DNA of 6,042 nt from NCBI GenBank assembly GCA_964035545.1, contig CAXIUT010000120.1, positions 1 through 6,042 on the forward strand, given 5' to 3'. The notes beneath the pieces are model-generated. The model had not been told where the DNA came from, did no database searches, and was given only the letters and a program-made list of their open reading frames with translations. The stretch's first letter is position 1. The number at the start of each line of letters is the position of its first letter. The stretch is from Bugula neritina. Its lineage: Eukaryota > Animalia > Bryozoa. Both the position numbers and the translations under genes were made by a program. Shown here one piece after another: positions 1-6,042 of the stretch.

Positions 1-87
1 CCCAACCCCAACCCCAACCCCAACCCCAACCCCAACCCCAACCCCAACCCCAACCCCAACCCCAACCCCAACCCCAACCCCAACCCC
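1..87 (+). repeat. Left telomere, (CCCCAA)n, C4A2 type
   Basis: Perfect CCCCAA tandem array from base 1 to 87, then an abrupt switch to AT-rich unique sequence (tgttttcg...). Same repeat unit as Tetrahymena telomeres. Confidence 0.99.
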
Positions 88-187
88 TGTTTTCGATAAC
101 TTATCATAACTAGCAATAAATAATAATAAACTATTATAAAATAGGTTCGTTAATTCAATTTGATTGTTTGAAATTATAAAAAAATCA

Positions 188-1150
188 ATGTCTAACTTGA
201 AAAAACTACTAAGTCAATATTTCAAAGCAGAGACTCTCTTCTCAAAAGTCTATAACCACTTAGAATCAACTATCAATACTTCAAATATCTATTCCCTTTA
301 TGAACTTCTTCTAAAAAAAACATAATCTCCATTGAAATTTAACACCTATCTCAAAGTTCTTATTCTTATCCATCGATTATTGATAAACAAAAAAATATCA
401 TACGAATTATCTCTTGATCTTCTGGCTAAAATAGCAATTATCGTTGATAAAAATTCAAATTAGATGACATCATTGGTTACAAAATTGCTATAACCTTATA
501 AATTATTCCTACAAAAACGATGTACAATTGATTTCAAACAAAATCCAGTTGATAAATAGACAAAAGTTTATCAACTGATCAATCTTATCAATTTTGGAAC
601 CAACTTTTCAGAAATGTTTTATATTGTAGGCAGGTATTATGCTAATAAAATACCATCTTGTATTGAATTTAGTAGAGTTGTTGCTGAAGATCTCTCGATG
701 ATCTATTTTAGTTTGAGTCAGTTTTTGACTAAATCTTTAACAGTATCATTAGTAGACTAAATATAAAAAATGCATTAGAAATTATATGTGATCTTCTATA
801 ATTGCTATTTTCATAAAAATGTTAGAGAATTTGTACCAAAATGGATCAAAACTGATGCTCTACCTTCTAAATTTAACAAATAAAAAAGCAAAAGCATGAT
901 ATTCCACAGAAGGATATTATCAACTACAGATAATTAAAACTCATATAACAAAAGATTTAACCTCTAGATGAAAACTGAAGTTTCAACTCCATAGTTAGAT
1001 CTGCAATACCAAAGAGAAGAAGTCGAAATATCAAGTTTTAACCAAGAAGAAGAACCATCTTTACAAAGCATATCAAATGAAAAAGAAATTTATTAAAGAC
1101 TATAATTGGTAAAAATTATGGAAAGGATAGTTTCACACATTAATTAATGA
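188..1150 (+). CDS. ANTH/ENTH-like domain protein (divergent AP180/CALM-type clathrin-assembly family), 320 aa
   Basis: ATG at 188, open to TGA at 1148-1150 when TAA/TAG are read as sense. Begins MSNLKKLLSQYFKAETLF. Contains YLKVLILIHRLL (ANTH K-x-L-x-x-x-H-x-L-L helix) and PYKLFLQKR (resembles ANTH Y-x-x-Y-L-x-x-R), followed by a polar/acidic tail. The ORF is solid; the family call is motif recognition only. Confidence 0.75.
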
Positions 1151-1188
1151 TTTACTAGCAATTATCTTTTATTATTATCTCATAACTG

Positions 1189-1203
1189 AATCATGCCTAA
1201 TAA
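1189..1203 (+). promoter_or_regulatory. Candidate upstream element AATCATGCYTAATAA, copy 1
   Basis: aatcatgcctaataa ends 15 nt before ATG 1219 and is 14/15 identical to 5142-5156. Confidence 0.3.
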
Positions 1204-1218
1204 AATTATATTAGCTAT

Positions 1219-2316
1219 ATGAGTAGTTTTATCCCACAACAAACCATCATAGGCCAAGCCTTCGCAATCGCTGGACTTGCTCTCGTGTCCTTCAATACTT
1301 TCTTCAGACGCACTTACTCTAGCGTTTTAGATGTAGTACAAATGAGTTACTTGTTCGCCATAGTTCTCTCTCCATCTATCTAATTCTTCTCTAACGGGCT
1401 TGACTATTCATGGCTATCATTTATGAAGAACTTTCTAAATTACTGTACAGATGGAGACTTTTCATGTAATTATGGACATCTTCTTTCTCCTTTGATATGC
1501 TGGGCTGGTTCTGCAATACTTCTAATAATAATTGTAGTTATTATCAGATGTAAAAAGCCAAATGCTAGATACTAACCTGTTTACACATTCTTTAAAGGTA
1601 TAATGAGATGGTTTTTTGCTCCTTTAATTTACTATTCAACAAAATAAGTAATAAAAAATCTTCAAAATTAAATAGTTAGTGATAACTTCATTCCAGCTGC
1701 TGCAATTCTTGGTTTTTTCTTCGTACTAATTTTATTATAATTAATTGGCTACACTTGCATTAAAAGATAGAACTAAAATACTCTTAAAAAATGGTGTTAA
1801 TTTTTAAATCATCTCAAATTGGCCACAATGGTGGTTCTGATAGCTATCAGTCAAACTAATTCATAAATAGCTAAATATATACTTTATGCTCCTATAGTTC
1901 TCTATGATCTTTTTTATCTTTTCAAATATAACTTTGTGTACAAAGTGTTTTAAAGAGTACTCTTTATTTTATCAGAAGTTGCATTCGTAGTACTCTATAC
2001 ATTTTTCGTAGTCTGGCCTTAAGAAATCCACAACTTCAATTTGGATTTCTTTATGATAACTCTGATACTAATCATTGAAATTTTGGTTTTGCTGTTAAGA
2101 GTAGGATATAGGTGCAAAAATGGAACTGACGAAGATAGCTATATCAATCCTGAGGAATAAATTCGAGAAACAAGAAGAGAATCTAAATTAGGAAGTAAAA
2201 AAAAACAAAATAGTTTTGCTGCTGATGAGCTAGGTCTCAATTCATATGATAACCTAAATGACATGATTTCAGGTGATTAATCTAGAAAAAAGAAAAAGAA
2301 AAAAAGAAGATAATGA
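1219..2316 (+). CDS. Multi-pass membrane protein (roughly 7-9 hydrophobic segments), 365 aa, function unknown
   Basis: ATG at 1219 to TGA at 2314-2316 with no internal TGA. Hydrophobic segments include IIGQAFAIAGLALVSF, LICWAGSAILLIIIVVII, FIPAAAILGFFFVLILL, VLFILSEVAFVVLYTFFVVW and FFMITLILIIEILVLLL. The charged tail ends SRKKKKKKRR-x-stop. Confidence 0.85.
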
Positions 2317-2422
2317 TTATCTATCATTCTTTTACCTTAACTATACGATATATATTTGTTTTTTCTTTTTATATTTTTAGCAAATACTTATTGATCTATA
2401 TATTTAATAAGAATCTTTACAT

Positions 2423-2884
2423 ATGTAAGGCGATAAATAAAAACCAGTTCTTTTCTACGATATTAACTAACCTTATGGAGAATTTAGCAACTTCTATCCT
2501 TCTCCATTCAAAGAGAAAGATACTCTCTATCAATGTAGTGAGTACTACTTTCAATCAAAAAAATTTGAAGGAACAGTAAAGGAGCAATATGTCCTTGAAG
2601 CACCCACTTCTAGAGATGCTTTTACTCGAGGGAACTAAAGAACAGGAGATCCTTTAAGAGCTGACTGGCCAGAAGTAAAAGAACAAGTTATGAAAAATGG
2701 ATTGAGATTGAAAATTGGACAAAATCCAAAAATTCTTTAAATATTGTTATCAACTGGTAATAGAGAGATCGTTTAGCATACTGAAAAAGATAAGTATTGG
2801 GGCGATGGAGGAGATGGATCTGGAAAAAATAGACTAGGAATACTTTTCATGGAGTTAAGATAGGAATTTAGAAAAGGAAAGTGA
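2423..2884 (+). CDS. ybiA: NADAR family protein (YbiA-like N-glycosidase / ADP-ribosyl hydrolase fold), 153 aa
   Basis: Translation contains PYGEFSNFYPSP, SEYYFQSKKF, PLRADWPEVKEQVM and LLSTGNREIV[TAG]HTEKDKYWGDGGDGSGKNRLGILFMELR. This is collinear with E. coli YbiA motifs (YGDFSNF, SEHYFQAQKF, WESVKEQVM, LVEHTENDAYWGDGGHGKGKNRLGYLLMELR). The ORF has 5 TAA and 2 TAG in frame and stops at TGA 2882-2884. Confidence 0.95.
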
Positions 2885-2984
2885 TATGTTAGGTAGCTTG
2901 TGTTGAAATTTGACTCTAATTTGTAATTTTATTGAATAAACAGTCTTAGAAAGATTAATATGAAGATACTATAGTAGTAGAATA

Positions 2985-4091
2985 TCATAAAACAATGATT
3001 CCTTTTCGAACAAATAATTGATGAAGTAAACTTTTATGTCTATCATCAATAACATTACCACTAACAGACATTACATTTAGCTTAGGTTTTGATGCTATTC
3101 TTAAAATGACTTCTCCAGACATTTGATTATTTTCACTCCAAAACAGCTATAAACACATCATCAACTCAGCAATCAGTTTACCTGACTCATCTGTTGCTTA
3201 TGTTTATGATATCAATAAGTTTTTCAGACGAGGAAGACCTCTAGCTATTGTTTCGATACCTGAATCACCTACTCTATTTCCTCTGATATCTAGAGTATGG
3301 ATAAAACTAAGGTTGTTAACAATTATCTTACAAGAGAGACTGGTTAGGAAGTTATTTCTGATTTCAAACTCTTTTAGATTTTTAAACAAACTGATGGTAG
3401 GAATTTATTTTATGAGATCTTCGTCTTTTAAGTCTTTATTGCTAAAGTCAGCCATTTTACTATTTTTATCAACTTTGACATTTTTCCATTGATATAGTCC
3501 AGGAACTATGTCATTTTTTTAAGGACTGTAAATCTCAGAAATAGACTTTTTGCTTTCTAAAGGAATAAGTTGAGTAGAATTTACTAGTTGTTCTACAGCT
3601 AAATATCTAAAAGGCTTTTATGTAATGTTTTCAATATTAAGTTTATCTAAAAACTATTGAATATCTTCAAGAGAATTCTCTGTTTAGGAAGTGTCATAAT
3701 ATCTATTATTTCTTTAACTAACTATTCTCATCATTTTGGATATAGATTTTGATGGTAGTTGTTGATAGTTTTTTTATAATAGTTGAGAAATCATGGACAA
3801 ATTAACTTTACCTTTAAGATGTGGATAGTAAAATTGATTGATCCATTACTGAAATATTTGTTCCTCTTTTTCTAATTTTTATAGAAACCTTTTGCTTATT
3901 TCTTGATACTTCACCTTTGCATTATATTTGACAGTATTGATTGCTTATTCATTAAGTTTGGCTCCTTCAAGTTTAGCTGATAACTATTCGATGTCGAGTC
4001 TCAAATGATCAACAGATTAGAAACAGTCAAAAGAGCCACAGATACAGCATCGTTCTTAGTTCCAGGATCTGACTATTTTGGTTGACTTCAT
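2985..4091 (-). CDS. Leucine-rich repeat protein (RI-like LRRs in the C-terminal third; N-terminal Cys cluster and helical/coiled-coil region), 368 aa
   Basis: Minus-strand ATG at 4091 open to TGA at 2987-2985; it contains the track ORF 3204..3389 in frame. LRR units: LKEFEIRNNFLT, IHTLDIRGNRVGDSGI, LKNLLISETEATDESG, LELFWSENNQMS, LNVMSVSGNVIDD. N-terminus has RCCICGSFDCF. Confidence 0.88.
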
Positions 4092-4450
4092 TTGAACAAA
4101 TATTAATAAAATTATCAAAGTTTACTCGAGAACTATAAAGTATACATCAGTATTTGGAAGTTAATGAATAGAAGATTAATTAAAATAGGTATTATTAATT
4201 TGTTTTGCATTTATATCCGTTATTTTTAGCAAATTAGATGATTAAAATCAAATAATCTCTTCTCTTGTTACAGCTGATTTCTTTTGTTTTTTTAAAGAAA
4301 TTAAAAATAATGCTAATACCAAAAGGGTCTTTTGGAGGTCTGTTTGATAGTAGTCTTGTTTTTAAGTTGTTCAAGTTTGATAGATAGAACATCAAAGACA
4401 CTTATTCCACGCTACCATTTTTTAGATATAATATAAATCACCAACCAGTG

Positions 4451-5095
4451 ATGATACAAAGGTTTGTCCTCTTGTGCCTACTCGTAGTTCTTAGTCTCTC
4501 TGTAGGATAGTTCTTCTCTGATTTCAGACAGTCATTTGGGTCAAAGAAAGGTCTTACCTTCCAAGCCACAGTCTGGCCAGAATAAAAAAATAGCTTTGTC
4601 GGAAGAATGTCATGTAATGGATGTAACGCTCAAGAAGGAGATACTTCATGCACCACAATCCTCCCTGTAACCTGTATTATTCACCACCTTAAACTTGATC
4701 GACCATGGTACAGCTTCTATCCCAATTTTACTCCTCTGAATAACCCCGATAATTCCTTTTATGAAGGATGGACTGGAGGAATCATCGCTTTAACTGACCC
4801 AGTACGAGGTTTGGAAGTCGATAGCTATATTACAGGAACCAGAATGTGTCAAAATGCCTTTGGAGGAGATGCTAAAATGGCAACCTTTACCGATGGCTAC
4901 TACATGCCTTATATGAATGGTCCTAACATCGCAATTTAAAAGCTATGGGACTGGTCTAAAGCTCAAAGAGGAGAATTCAATTTTTGGGGATATTTTAATC
5001 ATCATCATATTGGTAAGAGCTGGGTTTGGACTCAAACTACTCCAAGTGGAAACTGCATTCTCCCAAAATCCAACCCTATAACAAGAAGACCTTGA
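4451..5095 (+). CDS. Secreted cysteine-rich protein, 214 aa, resembling a bacterial (myxobacterial/xanthomonad-type) domain often labelled 'flagellar hook-length control protein'
   Basis: ATG at 4451 to TGA at 5093-5095; extends the track ORF 4607..4939 on both sides. Signal-peptide-like MIQRFVLLCLLVVLSLSVG, then KGLTF, SCNGCNAQEGDTSCTTILPVTCI, YEGWTGG, PVRG, CQNAFG, MATFTDG, FNFWGY, WVW and GNC; six Cys in the mature part. The ORF is solid; the family call is from recalled motifs. Confidence 0.85.
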
Positions 5096-5141
5096 TTTTG
5101 ATTGAATTATTGATAACTTTAATTTTTCATAAATATATCTA

Positions 5142-5156
5142 AATCATGCTTAATAA
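5142..5156 (+). promoter_or_regulatory. Candidate upstream element AATCATGCYTAATAA, copy 2
   Basis: aatcatgcttaataa ends 16 nt before ATG 5173 and is 14/15 identical to 1189-1203. Confidence 0.3.
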
Positions 5157-5172
5157 TCTTAATAATTTTATT

Positions 5173-5853
5173 ATGTAGGCCCTAACCATGAGTTGTAGAT
5201 CCATTGTTCAAGATCAATTTTTCGAGAAAAATCAAACATAAAAATTGAAGAAACATCAAGATACTGTCAATAAAATCTCTCACTAGAAATTATTTCATCT
5301 CAAATAATACAAAAAAGAAGTTTAGTCTCGAGCATCAGTCTTAAGAAAGTCTAAATCAGCTGCTAAATAATTTAGAAATAAAGAGCAAAATGTTCAATTC
5401 AAAGATCTAAACATCAAAATGCTGACTAAAATATGGCATCTTTCTCCTATCGTTGATTCTTTCAAAAATGATAAGTTTCAATATGTATCAGGAAGTAATT
5501 GGAATTATCATAAAAGGAAGCTCTAACAAATAAAGTAGTAAAATAAACTTATCAGCCAAAAATTCATCCAAAATAAGTCAGATAAAATCGAAAAAAAGAA
5601 AAAAATTAAGTAACATATCAAAGAGTATATTGAAAGGAGAGACAGCATTAGAAAATTTAGAGTTCATTCGAAAAAATTAAAACGTTGTGCTTCAGAAAAA
5701 AAGCAAGAAAATCTTCATAAAATAAATAATAAAATAGTTAATAAAGACTAGAAAGAAGATGAGAAAGAATAAGTAAATCCTGAAAAATCACAAGAATTTA
5801 CTAAAATAATGGAACATAAATAAAATGAAGTCAACCTGGAAACGAAAAATTGA
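5173..5853 (+). CDS. Lys/Glu-rich coiled-coil protein, probable CFAP97/Hemingway (KIAA1430)-like ciliary protein, 226 aa
   Basis: Open from ATG 5173 (alternative in-frame ATGs at 5146 and 5188) to TGA 5851-5853. NIKMLTKI and GSNWNYHKRKLEQIKEENKLISQKF resemble the family's N-x-x-(L/M)-L-x-K-(I/M) and S-L-N-x3-R-K-x-E-x2-R-I-x2-E-N-x2-(L/I)-x2-R-L motifs. The ORF is confident; the family call is moderate. Confidence 0.7.
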
Positions 5854-5925
5854 AAAACTCGATAAGATTCAAAATTTTAGTTATATATCTAATATCCAAT
5901 CATATAATAGAATATAATTACTTTA

Positions 5926-6042
5926 GGGGTTGGGGTTGGGGTTGGGGTTGGGGTTGGGGTTGGGGTTGGGGTTGGGGTTGGGGTTGGGGTTGGGGTTGGG
6001 GTTGGGGTTGGGGTTGGGGTTGGGGTTGGGGTTGGGGTTGGG
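5926..6042 (+). repeat. Right telomere, (TTGGGG)n
   Basis: Perfect GGGGTT array of 117 nt running to the window end. It is the reverse complement of the left array, the correct polarity for a linear chromosome end. Confidence 0.99.

Larger units (their letters stand above)
1..6042. other. Complete linear ciliate macronuclear mini/nanochromosome carrying six genes
   Basis: Telomeres at both ends in correct orientation. Six intact ORFs with in-frame TAA/TAG and TGA stops. Subtelomeric non-coding stretches are only 100 nt (88-187) and 72 nt (5854-5925). Confidence 0.93.

Noticed and set aside
1-87. Terminal repeats as CRISPR array, satellite or transposon terminal inverted repeats
   Set aside because: Pure hexamer arrays without spacers, in telomeric polarity at both ends, and no transposase, integrase or polymerase gene inside.
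2313-2579. Track ORF of 88 aa (MIIYHSFTL...)
   Set aside because: Artefact of the standard code. It spans an AT-rich spacer and overlaps the real NADAR gene in another frame, and its ATG overlaps the gene 2 stop.
2423-2884. Standard ciliate code (table 6, TAR=Gln)
   Set aside because: It would place Gln at the conserved NADAR Glu (VEH) and other acidic positions, while true Gln positions use CAA.
3204-3389. Track ORF of 61 aa as a stand-alone gene
   Set aside because: It is an internal fragment (TTG start, TAA 'stop') of the 2985-4091 LRR gene.
4238-4277. Possible C/D-box snoRNA (ATGATTA...CTGA)
   Set aside because: Imperfect C box, only about 40 nt long, and no terminal stem.
4319-4335. 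Hairpin CCAAAAG-ggt-CTTTTGG
   Set aside because: A 7-bp stem only, with no supporting ncRNA features; plausible by chance, and bacterial-type terminators are irrelevant here.
4147-4392. Minus-strand 81-aa ATG-to-TGA ORF (MFYLSNLNNL...)
   Set aside because: No recognisable motif; ORFs of this length are expected by chance when TGA is the only stop.
4607-4939. Track ORF of 110 aa as a stand-alone gene
   Set aside because: It is an internal fragment of 4451-5095; the signal peptide lies upstream and the Trp/Cys motifs continue past the TAA.
188-5853. Interpreting the many in-frame TAA/TAG as pseudogenisation
   Set aside because: All six frames stay free of TGA and frameshifts for 150-370 codons and keep conserved motifs; codon reassignment explains this.
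188-5853. The six genes as a functional cluster or operon-like system
   Set aside because: The predicted functions (endocytosis, membrane, NADAR, LRR, secreted, ciliary) are unrelated; nothing beyond adjacency links them.

Overview
This window is a complete telomere-to-telomere ciliate macronuclear mini-chromosome: (CCCCAA)n at 1-87, (TTGGGG)n at 5926-6042, and a 5,838-bp AT-rich interior. The supplied ORF track uses the wrong genetic code. With TGA as the only stop, six uninterrupted ATG-to-TGA genes cover about 85% of the interior: an ANTH-like protein, a multi-pass membrane protein, a YbiA/NADAR hydrolase, a minus-strand LRR protein, a secreted Cys-rich protein of a mostly bacterial family, and a CFAP97/Hemingway-like coiled-coil protein. 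Conserved motif positions indicate that TAG, and most probably TAA, encode Glu rather than the usual ciliate Gln (peritrich nuclear code, NCBI table 30). The main novelty candidate is the combination of a Glu code and Tetrahymena-type telomeres on a 6-kb, six-gene, apparently intron-free chromosome. All translations and family assignments were done by eye; no database search was run.
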